The notes under the pieces: generated by a model
Databases searched by the model: none
Told to the model about the DNA's origin: nothing
The model's input: only the letters and a program-made list of their open reading frames with translations
Made by a program: the position numbers and the translations under genes
Part shown: positions 30,011 through 43,051 of the stretch, one piece after another
Layout of the letters: each line of letters opens with the position of its first letter
Position numbering within the stretch: position 1 is the first letter of the stretch
Assembly: GCA_904063045.1 (NCBI GenBank)
Contig: CAJFCJ010000005.1
Coordinates: 3,342,165-3,406,164 of the forward strand
DNA length: 64,000 nt
DNA from: Dimorphilus gyrociliatus
Lineage: Eukaryota; Animalia; Annelida
Direction of reading: 5' to 3'

Positions 30011-32408
30011 ATGGCTGTTCCTATATGCTTATCCCCTCCGAATCCATCACCTAAGAGTCGAGTAAGTTTGCTTTGCCATTAAAGACGAGTAATTCCCTCT
30101 TGTAGTTCTTTTATAGTTTTTAATTATTGTTATCTTCTGTTTAAAGAGACATACAATAGCAGCTAAAAGTCGTCGAAGAAGTGACGATACTGATCCGCCT
30201 GCAAAGGTTATATTTATACACATATCTATATATTTATACTATAAATACATAAAGTTATATAATACGTTTAGAAGAAAAGGGTTGTTCCAAATAGATTTGT
30301 ATGTATAAAATAGAGAAGAAATAAGGAAAGAAAGCAATATATATGATATATTTATTTGTTTATATTTTTACATTCATATACTTTTGATTAAAGATTTATA
30401 TCTTCAATTAGAAAAGCAAAATTAAACCTATTGAAGAAACTCCAATGGTTGCTTCACCTATTATTGAGGATGCTTCTCCCACTAGAAGAAGTTCATTAAA
30501 GCAAGAACAAGTTGTATAAATTCGCTTACCTTTTCTTATATTTAGAAATGATAAATAGCTTTATTTGTTATTCTCTCTCTCTCTCTCGTATTATCTTTTC
30601 ATCCCTAAATATAGAATACTTCTGAAAAGAAGAGAGTTAGCGTATGTTATTAACAATAACTAGAACAATTCTGAAGAAAAAATGTCTATAATTCACTCTT
30701 TCTCTTCTCTCTTTCCGCTGATAGCTATCTTTATCGGGAGGAAGAAAAGTCTATCCAACTGATAGGGTTGAATCGAATTATTCAACAAATTCTGTAAATA
30801 TATCATTAACTCTTAGATTTAGCTACTGAATAAATGGAATACTAACTAAACTTCTCATTAAAAAAAGGAAGGTAGTCGAAAAGGTACAATAGAAAAGGTT
30901 AAGAAATTATACGGCTCTGGGAAGAAGAAGGTAATACTATTTATAAACACTAAGCAAATTTCAAATAATGCTAGAATTCTACGAAATTAATAAGATTAAA
31001 AGAGCTTTATTTGGGGAAGAAGAACAGTCACCTAATACTATGATTATTAATGAAAATGAGGTGATAAATATGATCAAATTTTCTCATTAAAATAAATCAT
31101 TATTTAATTATTGTTGAAGGATTTAAGATGGAAGATAAGTAAGCTTCGTGTTAGAATGTATAGCATATATAAAATGCCGGTATTATTATATCTATAAAAC
31201 ACAATCTTATAGTTTCTTATCTATATAATTGACTTTAGTGTCCAAACTGCTCGGAAGAGGATTTAGAAGTAAGAAATATATATATTTGATACATAAAATC
31301 AATGATTTTTATCTAATTCATGAACTAAATTTTACTGTAGACTTTACAATCTGATATTGCTGTAAGTTAAAAATGATGCTATATTGGTTTAATTAAATAA
31401 TTTCTATTAATCAATATATTAATGAATATCTCTTTCTAAAATTGAGGCATTACGTAAAAGAAGACTTGTAAGTGTTCTTCCTACTTTATATATTTAATTT
31501 AGTTGTCTATTTTTTTTTATAAAGAATCTTACTTTAGAAAGAAAAGAATTGGAGGTAAATTCTTATTTATTATACGAATGTTTTTATATCAAACCTATTA
31601 ATTAATACTAGAATTAAAACCTATACAGACTATGAGAAAGGTTGGAGAAAGTCTATTTTTACTCTTTTCTTCTTTAGATATGTATTATGTTGTTTGATAT
31701 TAATTTCTCTTCTTTTCTTTCTCTTCCTTTCAGTCTCAAGTATCGGATTTACAGGTAAGACTATCAATATTTGTTAACAAAAGAAACCTACACTATTATA
31801 TTTCTTATTCATTTTCTGTTTTATAGATGTTGGAAAGCGAAAGTAGCATCGAGTGCCAAGTAGATTATTTTAAATTGATGTCAAGTTATCTTTTTTTCTT
31901 TGAATTTTAAAAATAGAAACTTGAAAGGAGAAAGAAAAATCTTAAGGAAAATATTAAAGCTAAGGAAAAAGTACAAATTAATAAAAATTAATTAAGATAC
32001 TATTTTAAAATAAAAAGAAATTGATTGCGCTTGATTTTTTCAAAGGAAGTTGGTGAATTAAATACGAAGATACTGTTGAATGAAGAAAGAGTTTCTCGAC
32101 TAAAACAGATTAAAGAAGAACTAGACGAAGTAGGATATTTTTTTTTAAAAAGAAAAACTAATTTACTATAAATCAAAAATCAAAAATAATACAGAGATTG
32201 GAAATTATAGAGCAAGATAGGAGAAAAGTGAATAAATCGTTAATAAATGTAGGGAATATACCTGTATTATATATTTCAATTAAATATTGTTAAAACTTTT
32301 ATACTTTCATATTAAAATAAGGAGAAGAATCGTTTAAAAATCGAACTAAGAAATGATATTCTCATGGCTCAATCTGCTTTAGAGAGAATGTTTCGTTCAT
32401 CTGACTAA
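30011..32408 (+). CDS. Micro-exon gene: 20 phase-0 exons encoding a 296-aa basic / coiled-coil protein of unknown family
   Basis: AG-exon-GT blocks at 30011-30061, 30147-30206, 30272-30298, 30412-30510, 30615-30641, 30725-30766, 30868-30930, 30995-31060, 31120-31149, 31239-31268, 31341-31361, 31447-31467, 31525-31554, 31629-31640, 31734-31754, 31827-31859, 31917-31970, 32046-32129, 32195-32227 and 32322-32408. Every block is a multiple of 3 nt and together they give 891 nt without internal stops. A few splice sites are weak. Confidence 0.7.
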
Positions 32409-32733
32409 AAATACAGTATTAACAATAAGAAGAACTTAATCTATAAATGGAGAATGTACAAAAATAGAAAATTATATACTCTACTTTTGAATTATCTAAG
32501 CTTTATTATTAACATTCAATAAGGCGTCACTCAATAAAGTAAATTGAAGAGGCGTCTCTTTTATGTCTTTTTTTTCCTTTTTTTTAGTTTTTCTGACTTT
32601 TTGGTTGTTTTTTTTTTATTGAAAAAAATAATATGAAGAATAATTGAAATAAAAAACAAGAAAACTCTTTATATTGTTCTTTTTATAATGATTTTTTTAT
32701 GTTCTCTACTCTTTTTTTTTATCTTCACTCTTC

Positions 32734-35700
32734 TCATTCTTTTTGATGGTTTTCTATTTCTTCCTCTTTTTCACCCTCCTTTTCGTCTTTTGAATTTTGA
32801 TTTTCTTTTTCCATTTCCATTTCTTTGTCTTCTTGTCTCGTATCAGATTCAACAACTTCTGGAGTTTTCTTTTCTTCTATTACTTTCTCATCGTCCTCTT
32901 CCTCTTGTTTTTGTTCAGTTTCATTAGCGGATGGAGTGTTGTTTCTCTTCTCCAACATTTGTCTTTTCAATTCTGATTCATCCTCGATTAATTTGATCAT
33001 ATCGTTATCGCCAAATTTTTTTGCCAGTTCAATTAAGGAAATATTATCGATAACTTCTTCTCCTTCTTCATTTCTTTCAACAACAGAAACACTTTCCGTT
33101 GGATCGCACAAACAATCCTTAAAAAAGTGTCTGGCCACTTCAATTCTACTATTTTCAATACATAGTTTTAATAGTTCACCATCTAATCCATCATGATTAA
33201 ACCCATATCTCAAATTTGCAGTTATAGAACGAATTTCGGATATTGAATGAGCCGGTACCATTGGTTTGATTGTGGCAGCAATTGAATGAGCGGATGCTCT
33301 TGCTCCGTGCTGCTTTTCTCTTTCGTTAACAATCATATCTTCACCTGGTCTAAAATCCCTCCATCTTCTTCCTCTAGGACGATCTTTCGTAGGGACAGGC
33401 TTCTCTTGATCTCTTACGTATTCGTAAACTGACATGTTATTCTATTAAAAGCGAAAAGAGAAGAATTAATGAAATAAAAATTGAGAAATATAAATTCTTT
33501 TCACTACTTACAGCATCTATAGCATTTGGATCAGCACCTGCGTCTTGCAGTAATGGCCAAATCTTATGACGGTCTTTCAAGCAAACGCAATAATGAAGCG
33601 GTGTTCTCTTAATACTATCTTGGGTATTTATTAGTGATGGAAATTGTTCCAACAAGAATTCGACTATTTCCGGTTGTTCGAATAATACAGCATTATGCAA
33701 TAAAGTTCTTCCAGCCTTATCCCTACCAAATGCACATCTCTTCTCCCCTGCTAACTTTGATATCATTTGTAAATCTCCAGTTTTGACACATTCGTGTAAT
33801 AAATCAATTTCGGCTCGATATTTTGGTAGATCTTTTAGTAATATGACTAGTTCTTTAAAGTTACGTAATTCGGCTAATTCTAAAGCCGTATGAATTCTTT
33901 TCTTTCCACCTTTTGCTTGTAAAATTCTATCGTAATCGTCTAATAAAAGCTGTTCGATTGCATGGAATTCATCATTATTAACCAATTCCATAATACGAGC
34001 ATCCATTAAGCCGTTTAACTTTGAACCATCTTCTACTTTATAGATATCAATATAGTCTCTTGCGGTGCTTCCTTCAACATCGCGGGCTGCCATGTCGATA
34101 CCTCTATCGAGTAGTACTTCAACAATATCTAATAAGGTATTATCTCGTCTTTTCTTGCTGATTGCCCTATAAATAGAGAGAAATTATACGATATTGTTAA
34201 TCTCAGTTTTGTCTTTTTATTTGTTATTTCACCTGTGCAATAAGGTTGCTCCTAGTTCATCTCTTAGTTGCAGGTTGGCATTCTGGGCGATAACCATGGT
34301 GTTTTCATTGTCGACATTATCTCTAAAGGCCCAGAAAGCAACAGGTCCGCAGGGTGAACATTCGGCATAATCTTTGCTTAAGTCTGCGCCAAACTTAACC
34401 AATTCAGCAAGTACCTCAGCATTGCATAATTCTAATGCAGCAACTACTATTGGCCTAGGTAAAAATTCTGCATGACCATCCCAAGTAAGACCTACGTGAA
34501 AATAATCGTCCATAGTATTGACCTTGAAGGAACCTTTACCCAAAGCGAGTAGTTCTTTCATAGCTTTTACTTCGCAAGCAAATGTTGCACATACAAATTC
34601 GTTAACGTGTTCAAATTTTTCTAAAAGTTTATGAATTTCCTCGTGACCGGATGTTTCGCAAACTTGAATGAGAAACCTATCGCCTTTCTTAACCTTGACC
34701 CGACACCAAGACGATAGCCATCGTTTAGCTTTGTTCACATCACCTTGGCTCACAGCAGCCCATAAGCCAGGTAGATCTTGTATTCGATATTTCCTACCGA
34801 AAACTAAGGCCCCTCTATCTTCGTAAGTCTGCTCACTAACAGTGCTACCGTCCAAAGCTGTTATTGCAGGGTCTATTCCAACTCTTATACAATGGGTCAT
34901 TAATTCTTCATCAGATTTTTTACCGGCTAATATTAACGCCGTATCACCAGCGGCATTTCTAGCGTTAACATCTATACCAATTCTAGCTAATGCATAGATC
35001 ATACGAATATATATACGTCTTTTCTCCATATCTTTCTCGCTAGAACAAAGCTTAATGATAACGTGCAAAAACGTATAACCTCTAGTTTCATCTCGTTTGC
35101 CAATTTGGTTCAAATTGATTGAGTTCGATTTTATAAGATTTAATGCTTGCTGCAGGCTTTCAGAAGTTGCAGTTTCTAATTTATTATAAAAATCAGTTTC
35201 CTCTATGCCACAAGCGATTTTAGATAATTCTATATGATACCAAGAGGGTATACTGACGCCATATTGCTGTAATACTTTGATAGTTTTATCCGATCTTTGT
35301 CCAAGAGACGACAAACCGACTAGAAGAGGAGTAGGTGGTACTTTAGATTCATCGGCCTGATCTAGTTTAACCAGTCTTGTTTTAAGCATTTCGGCAACTT
35401 TTTCATGATCTAGTGCATAGGCTGAACATATAACCTCATTCATGTACTCGTATTCATTCAATAGTTGATCAATTTTCATATTACAAGTTTCATCGCAAAT
35501 ATCTCGAAGTGTTTTATTCTTTCTTATACGAATTCTACACCATGATTTTAATAGTTTTGAAGTTAGCTCGACATCTTCTTTCTCAACAGCTTTCCATAAA
35601 CCACATTTGGCACTTGTTTGACCTTTTACCAGAACGCATTGATGATTACGGTAAGTATGAATTACTCTACATCCTTTCTGATTAACAATCATGGGATCAA

Positions 35701-36817
35701 CACCAATTCTTATTAAATGTTCGCAAAGTCGTTCACCTTCCTGTCTAATACAGGCCAAGTGCAATGCTGTATTACCATGAAAATTTTGAGCATTAACAAT
35801 TACACCCCTTAAGGCAAGGGCATATAAAATTGGTATAAGAGCAGCAGCATCACCAGTTCTCCTAACCACATGCGGTACAACATCAACCGCAACATGCAAC
35901 AGTGATCCAGAGTCTTTTTTCGAACGTTGTCTAATCTATATATATATTATCTTTGAATAAATAATAAACTAATGAAGTAGTACAAACAAAAATAAAAGAG
36001 AGATTAAAATTATAATAACAGAATTATGATTAGAGAAGGAAGGATAGTAAAGAAAAGATCATTTGAGCATGATGTATTAAACAGCATCCTATACCTTATT
36101 AAGCGGTAACTTAACATAAATAATGCTTTTTTAATTACCTAAGCCTATAGGTAAAAATATGTAAGCATACATATATACAGTATGTATATATACAATTTTT
36201 TATAAAAAAACAAGTGTGGACAAAGAGCTTTGTTCGAAGTAATACAACCAACACAAAACGGTAGTGTTGTTTACACTAAAAACAATATAATTTGTATTTC
36301 GATCGATGAGTTTGTTTTTTAATACAATTCACGTAAAATTTGAATCAAATGACAAAAAAGGTTATTTATTTTTTTATTTATACGAATAAAAGAAGATCGA
36401 TTAATTAGCACATTTCGTTGACAGATTACTGCCTTTTTATTGTTGCTATATTACTTTAATTTATTACATTTTGTGTATGTAAGGTTATCTATTCTTAAAA
36501 AAATATTTTCGTACTTTCTCTTTAGATAAGAAGCAATTATAAAAAGATTTGTGATTATACTTCAACTTGTTACAGAGAGAAAGAAATTAAAGGCAGCTAG
36601 CTGGCTAGCTAGCTAGATAAATAAATATAGACAGAATAGTAGTAGAGGAGGAAGGAGAAGGGAAAGAGTATAATGATTTTTTTTTTACCTCGCTAGAAGA
36701 GAGTTGATATCTTATTAAATGTAGAGCGTTTGCCAAGGAAGTTTCCGTTGCTCGTTGAATAAGATGGTAAACTTCCCTTTCTTCGAGTTCTTTTTCCGGT
36801 TCTGTTCCCGGTCTCAT
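32734..36817 (-). CDS. Large multi-ankyrin-repeat protein with acidic C-terminal tail
   Basis: Ankyrin motifs GNTALHLA, GYTFLHV, GDTALILA, GATLLHRA, GRTLLHNA and RTPLHY across ORFs 36817-36640, 35935-34232, 34168-33508 and 33441-32734 (approximate exon limits), joined by GT-AG introns. Confidence 0.8.
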
Positions 36818-38113
36818 ACTGTTTTATTTTCATTCAAACAAAATAATATTACAGAGAGAGAAATAGCAAAAGAGAGAGAGAGAAAGAGAATAAATTGATA
36901 AAAGGAGGAATTTAGTTATTTTAATTAAAGCCGCGATACAACCATTGATTTCCTGTTTGTCGACTACTAAATAATTAAAATAAAACGCTATCAGAGGAAT
37001 TAAAGGCCTATTTAACCCTTATCTCTAAGCAAACAAAACAATTAAAGTAGGTGCTAAGAGTAAACTTTTTAAAGAGCGATATCAAAAAAATTTAAACTAT
37101 CTAATCCGGAATTAATTAATGTATTTTAATAAAATCAAAAGAGTTTCTTTTTCTAAATAATTACCTGTTTTTTTTAAAAAAGAATTCAAAAATTCAACAA
37201 CTCAGTAGTCGGTAAACTCTCTTTATTTTCTTATCGATTCTCGCCTGTTCAGCGCTTAGTAACGTTGGATTTTATTGAACGACGGGATATCACTGTCGAC
37301 AAGCCTAAACAGCGATCGAATTTGTATTCTGTTAAGCCTTAGTCAATTTATCATATTATATACAGTATATATATATATATATGTATATATATAAAGAGAG
37401 AGAGACACCGCCAACTCTATCATTTTAAACTTTATTCGCAGTAGTATGTATAGTAAATATATGTAAAACTTTTATATGTTTCACGTAATCTTTCTCCTCT
37501 TTCCTCTCTTTCCATTTATATATATTTTATCTCTTCTAATTTCAGGCCTAAAGTAGTTATATTACCTATAAACAAATAAAATACTATTCAGTTATAGAAG
37601 TAGAAAAAAAGCCTAATTACATATGAAAATCTATTCAACAGTTTCTCTTCTTGGCTAATTAAATCTGCTAATCTGCTAGATTATCTTCTTATTTAAAAAT
37701 GATCATTTTATTTGGTAAGTATACCAATAGAAAGGAAGAGGTTTACCTATTTAATTGGGCTAGTTTTTTTTTATCAATGAAACGTAATTAGATATAATTT
37801 TTATTGGTATTACTATTGATTCTTAGTTCATTTCGAATAGAAAAAATATATACAGTAAAAGAGTAAGAGAGAAAGAAAGAAGGATGGAGGAAGTGAGAGA
37901 GTTAGAAGGCCTTATTTCTTTTTGTGATAAATGTTTTTATACGTTAATTTTTCAAAAAATAAAAAGATAAGATAAACCTTTTTTTGCTAATTTGGTATGT
38001 TTTTTGTTTTTAGAATTCTTATTATATAAACGAATAATATAGATATTTAATATTTTATTGACAAGGATGACCTCTTATTTCTTTTTAATATTTAATTATT
38101 TTTATTATCGTAC

Positions 38114-39345
38114 TCAATCAATTTCGTTTGAAAATCTTCCATCAAAAATATTAAATAGGCCACCAGTATGGAAATATAACACTCGTTGTCCCTTAAATCT
38201 TTGGGGATTTTTTGACATTTCTCCTAAAAGACCTGTAAGACCTTTGTTCGTATAAACTGGGTCGAGTATAACTCCGGAACTACTACATATTTCTTTTATT
38301 CTTCTATGATCTTCTTCTTGCGATGTTCCGTAACCTGCTCCTTTATAACCGTCAATGAAATCGGCGATATCTTCGGCTTTGACGTCAGCCAAACCCAGTT
38401 GATCTAGAGTTTGTTGAATATGTTGATAGAAATATGCAGGACCGTCACAAGCGCAAACACCGTGAATTCTGTAAATTATTAATAATTATTATGAAACTTT
38501 TCAATAAATCAGTCAAAATTCATTTCATTTATTCTTGTTTTATTGATACTTACTTGAATTTCGAACCTGTCAATAAATTAGCTATTGACAAACCTTCAAC
38601 AGAACCACCACTTCCACAAGTTATTACAATATCATCGACCATTTCATCTACACCTTGGTCCAATAATTCTTGAAATGCGCTTATATAGCCATAACTTCCA
38701 AGGGCATTAGATGCTCCTATTGGTATAATATAGGCTTTTTCGTTCCGTTCTTTTTCTAGTTTTTCAGCTATCTCTTTCATTTTTGGATCGATAATTGAAT
38801 CGGACGAAGCTTTTGTTGGAACATAGTAAACTTCTGAGCCAGCTAATATATCCAAAAGAAAATTTCCGGAATATTGAACCCCAGCCGCCGGTGTTCTTAA
38901 TACCGCGTGACACTTTAGCCCAGCTTGAGCAGCAGTAATTGCAGTTGCCCTCACGTGATTTGATTGAAAAGACCCAGCCGTAATTACGTGTTTATAATTG
39001 TTCTTTACGGCATCGGCTATTAAAAATTCCAGTTTTCTTACCTTATTTCCAGACAAAGTACTGCCAGTTAGATCGTCTCTTTTAATAAAAAGACGAAAAG
39101 GCTTTGGAACGTCTGGAATATTCCATTCATGAACAGGCGTTGGTAAACTTGAAAACTATTAAAAATAGGTTTGTTTTGGAAACGAAATAAAAGTATTACA
39201 CGCAATTACGCACATTATACTTTTCCTTCGGTTGAACTTTCAAGGTTTTAGCCCATGATGGCGATTCATAGGGAATAATTTGATTATAAGTAGCCCATGA
39301 CATGGTTCTTCGTATAGGAATGGCAACTCGTTGAAGGTGTGACAT
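38114..39345 (-). CDS. PLP-dependent D-cysteine desulfhydrase (ACC deaminase/DCD family), 4 exons
   Basis: LPTPV, FIKRDDLTG, SGNKVRKLEF (PLP lysine), QSNHVRA, TCGSGGS, LDPVYTNKG and YFHTGG. Confidence 0.88.
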
Positions 39346-39951
39346 TAAAATATTCTAAGATATAGATTGAACTTTACAATTATATTGTTAACACTTGATC
39401 AGATAAATATAAGTTCATTTTTTGTTTTTTTTTTAGATTACCATGGAAATACGATTACACATTAAACTGTATAATAAATACTCTTATTTTGATTTTTAAC
39501 CGATTTAAATGCAAAATTAAAGCAAATTATAGCACCAGAAAACAAAAGATGTCTAAATAGAAGTAGATATTTTATTAATTTAATATAGAGAAAAAGACTT
39601 TACTCTTGCTCCTTACTATTCTCTTAAACAATATAAATCTAACAAAAGAGGAAGAAGAAAAAAAAAGGTAAACTTGTTAAAAACTTTCCTGGAAGTAATA
39701 AAATAATTATCAACGCCATCTTACGGTAGCTAGCCTAAGTTACGTATAAAAAGTATTAAAGAAAACTTTGCTTTTTATCACCGCGTGTTTATGTGTTTGT
39801 TAGTAAAAAACAAGAAGAAAATTATAGGCTTAACCTTTAAAAAAGGAAAACTAATATTAATTTAAAAAATTTCTTGGAAATCTAGATTTTCATTATGATT
39901 AACTTGAATAACTTATGGTTCTAAAGATAGTTAATATACAATATCTATATA

Positions 39952-39954
<3 letters not shown>

Positions 39955-40007
<53 letters not shown>
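39955..40007. repeat. (AT)n microsatellite
   Basis: Perfect TA dinucleotide run of about 26 units. Confidence 0.95.
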
Positions 40008-40019
<12 letters not shown>

Positions 40020-41891
40020 ATGGTTTATATTTATATCTCTTATAAATGATTAAGCTTTTTAATATGTTTAATATAATTGGGAGAATATACTTACTATATA
40101 TATAGTTGCGTTTATAATACGCATTAATTGTTAATTTATCAACTTACACTAACGTCTACAATGATGTGAATTTACAGGTTTTCCCTATTTTGCTTGATAG
40201 CAAATTTTTTCGATTTGTTCATTTATACTGTATAAATTTATGTATATACAATATATACTGTATATAGTATAGGTTTGGTAAAAAAGAGAAGGAAGATGCC
40301 AACCTTGTTGTTTCTTTATATTCTTCTCATCCATTTACTGTTGGGGTTGTTATATTTGAAATTGAGTTTATGACCTACAGTTTGTCTTTATTGTATCTTT
40401 TGTTTGTTGAAAGGAAACTTCTACTTCCTTTAATTATTGTTTTACTTTATTATATCGTATAGATAAATTTTGTACAGTACTGTATACAGTATATACTGTA
40501 TACTGCATAATATCAACGATATGTAGATATGCTGTAAGTCCCAATTTATTCTATTACAATTCAATTTATCTACGTAGAAAGTAAAGATTTGCATTACAAC
40601 TTATAAAATGTTCTACATATTGATATGTAAAGAAATTCGTATACATTATTAAAATTTAAAATAGCTGCCTAACATTTTTGCTCTATCTACGATAATATCA
40701 TCTAAATATTGCTGTAATTGGGATAAGTATATAATAAATTAGATACGTAGAAACTGCACCCAAAGGCCAAAAAAATGGAAATATTGACATATATTTCTTT
40801 ATCACTTCAACAAATAAACTTGGAAAGTGAGAAATGTATTAATAATTAATATAATCTATATCCGAGACGAAAGCTTTTCTGTAAGTTATAAATTCTAATA
40901 ATCTAACGATTTTGAAGTTGTGTGAATTTATTTAAAATTTAGTATTTTATCAGATACTCTTACCATATTTGATAGGGAATAACGGCTGGTGTAGAATTTA
41001 CCCTCTTCAATGATATATATTAAATGAAATATCTGGAAGATGAGTACAACCTACCAAACAATTTAACATGACTTTGTAGTTTTCCTAATATACAGTATTG
41101 TATGCTTTATATATACAAGTATATATTTATGTATATCTGTTTCCACCGTATGTATGGTTGAAAGAGGAGAGAAGTTGTAGATAGATAAATACTAGTTATC
41201 AATTGCTTTAATACTACAATATAGTGTATTATTGATTAAAAATACTGTAATTAATTGTAATAGTTTCTTATTGCTATACCTTTTGCTAACAGCATTAGTT
41301 ATTATATCTCTATATACCTAAATAGTAATTTTATTTTGAGATAAATATATCACTTGTAAAGAAAACAATGAGTATTTTTTCCTGATATATATATATATAT
41401 ATATATACAATTAGAATAAGAGAACATCAGTCTTTTTTATGCTGCCACATAATCATCGATATAAATATGCATAAGTTTATATTGAATAAAATAAAACTAA
41501 TTGATTAAGTTAACTGACTACATAGAAGGGAACAAAAACTGCAGATTTTCACAACCCTTCTTTTTCTCATTAGAAAAAATAGGGGGCCCACTTTAAAGTA
41601 TTAGTGAAAATAAAACTATATTACTATAGAAGAAGGTGGTAAAGATAATAATGAAATTGAGATAGACAATAGAAAAAGAGTCAAAAAGGGATTTAAAGGC
41701 GGAGATTACACACATCTAAGTATATTTTGCGATTGAAGAGAAGTAGAATTGAGTAAAGGGCTGATTATTGGTGATAAATAAATAATTAAGACAAATAATT
41801 ATGTTCAAACCGAATTCATTTCCGTTAGAAACTTCTCCCTTTTTAGTTTCGTTACTGTTTGATTGAATTTTCTCCCTTGCAAAAGAAGGTT

Positions 41892-42977
41892 TTAAATCTT
41901 TTCCTTTGGTGGGAGTTCGCCAGCCTCGACATATACGATATTATTCGTATGATTTTGTAGGTGCTCCGGTGGCTGGTTTACAGCATCATCGTAGCTCGGG
42001 GGACAGTAAATTTGTGCTGGATTTTGTTGTGGTGGGACTGCTGGTGGTGGATTTGTATACGATCCAGCTTGTTCAGGTGTTACAATCTTTGTTGTAGTCG
42101 TGGTTGTCGTCGTTTGAATTATTACTGGATCCTGTTGCACTCTATTACCGAGAATCAGTTCTTTATTTAATGAATTAACCAAACATGATAATCGGAACCA
42201 ATCAGTAATCCAACCAATACCTAATAGACCAAATGTCAATAGATAAAGAACTCCCCAACCATATCTTTTCAAATAAAACTGATGTAAACCAAGGAAACCG
42301 AGGGGGAAACACAGGATGTAGGCATCATCTATATAAAATTTATTATCTTCTTCATTTTTCAATTTACGATTTTCCCTTTCAACAACAAACTTTAGGCGGC
42401 AGATATCCAAAAGCCATCCAACTCCAAGTAAACCAATTGTAAAAGTGTACAGAGCACCCCACCAGTGTCTTCCTAGATAATGGTGATGGAATCCAAGAAG
42501 GCCAGTTATTGGGAAAAGGCAAATAACATAAGCTGAAGCTGCGCTTTTCTTTGCTGGTCCGTTTGTTTCTATTCTCTTATTACGTTCCCTCAAAAGTTTT
42601 GGAATAATAAAAAGATCAATAAGCCATCCAATGGTCAAAAAGCCAAGTGTAAACGTATACGCAACACCCCAACCAGTTCTTCCCATATAGTAATGGTGAA
42701 AACCTAACATACCTCCTAAAGGTAGCCAAGCGACGTAAACATCATGTAACTTTTTGATATGCATCCGCTCAGGGTTGGCCAATCTTTCGTTTGCATCTCG
42801 GACAAGAAAGGGGAGACGGAACCAATCAACAACCCAACCAAGTCCAAACAAGCCAAAAGTAAAAATGTAAATAACTCCCCATCCAGGTCTGTTAAGATAA
42901 AAATGGTGCGCTCCAAGAAATCCTAATGGAAAAGCTAGGACATACGCATCCAAAATGCGCTTATGTCCCGTTGGAAC
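41892..42977 (-). CDS. Polytopic membrane protein with four tandem TM2 domains and Pro/Gln-rich tail
   Basis: Four copies of AY-x4-PLG-x-LG-x-H-x-FYL-x3-WG-x2-Y-x2-T-x-G-x3-GW-x2-D; C-terminal CPPSY. First ATG is at 42977; an upstream coding exon cannot be excluded. Confidence 0.85.
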   Translation of the reverse strand, partial: VPTGHKRILDAYVLAFPLGFLGAHHFYLNRPGWGVIYIFTFGLFGLGWVVDWFRLPFLVRDANERLANPERMHIKKLHDVYVAWLPLGGMLGFHHYYMGRTGWGVAYTFTLGFLTIGWLIDLFIIPKLLRERNKRIETNGPAKKSAASAYVICLFPITGLLGFHHHYLGRHWWGALYTFTIGLLGVGWLLDICRLKFVVERENRKLKNEEDNKFYIDDAYILCFPLGFLGLHQFYLKRYGWGVLYLLTFGLLGIGWITDWFRLSCLVNSLNKELILGNRVQQDPVIIQTTTTTTTTKIVTPEQAGSYTNPPPAVPPQQNPAQIYCPPSYDDAVNQPPEHLQNHTNNIVYVEAGELPPKEKI

Positions 42978-43051
42978 TTTCTCCATCTCTCTCAAACCAA
43001 AAAATGTTCAGTTCTGAAGTATTTGAATGCTTTTATATGCACAGTCTTGAA

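Noticed and set aside
40100-41100. Many short AG/GT-bounded blocks on both strands suggesting another small-exon gene (e.g. minus-strand MLNCL|RVNSTPAVIPYQNM|gtaaga)
   Set aside because: I could not assemble a phase-consistent, stop-free chain on either strand; such signals arise by chance in AT-rich DNA. RNA-seq would settle it.
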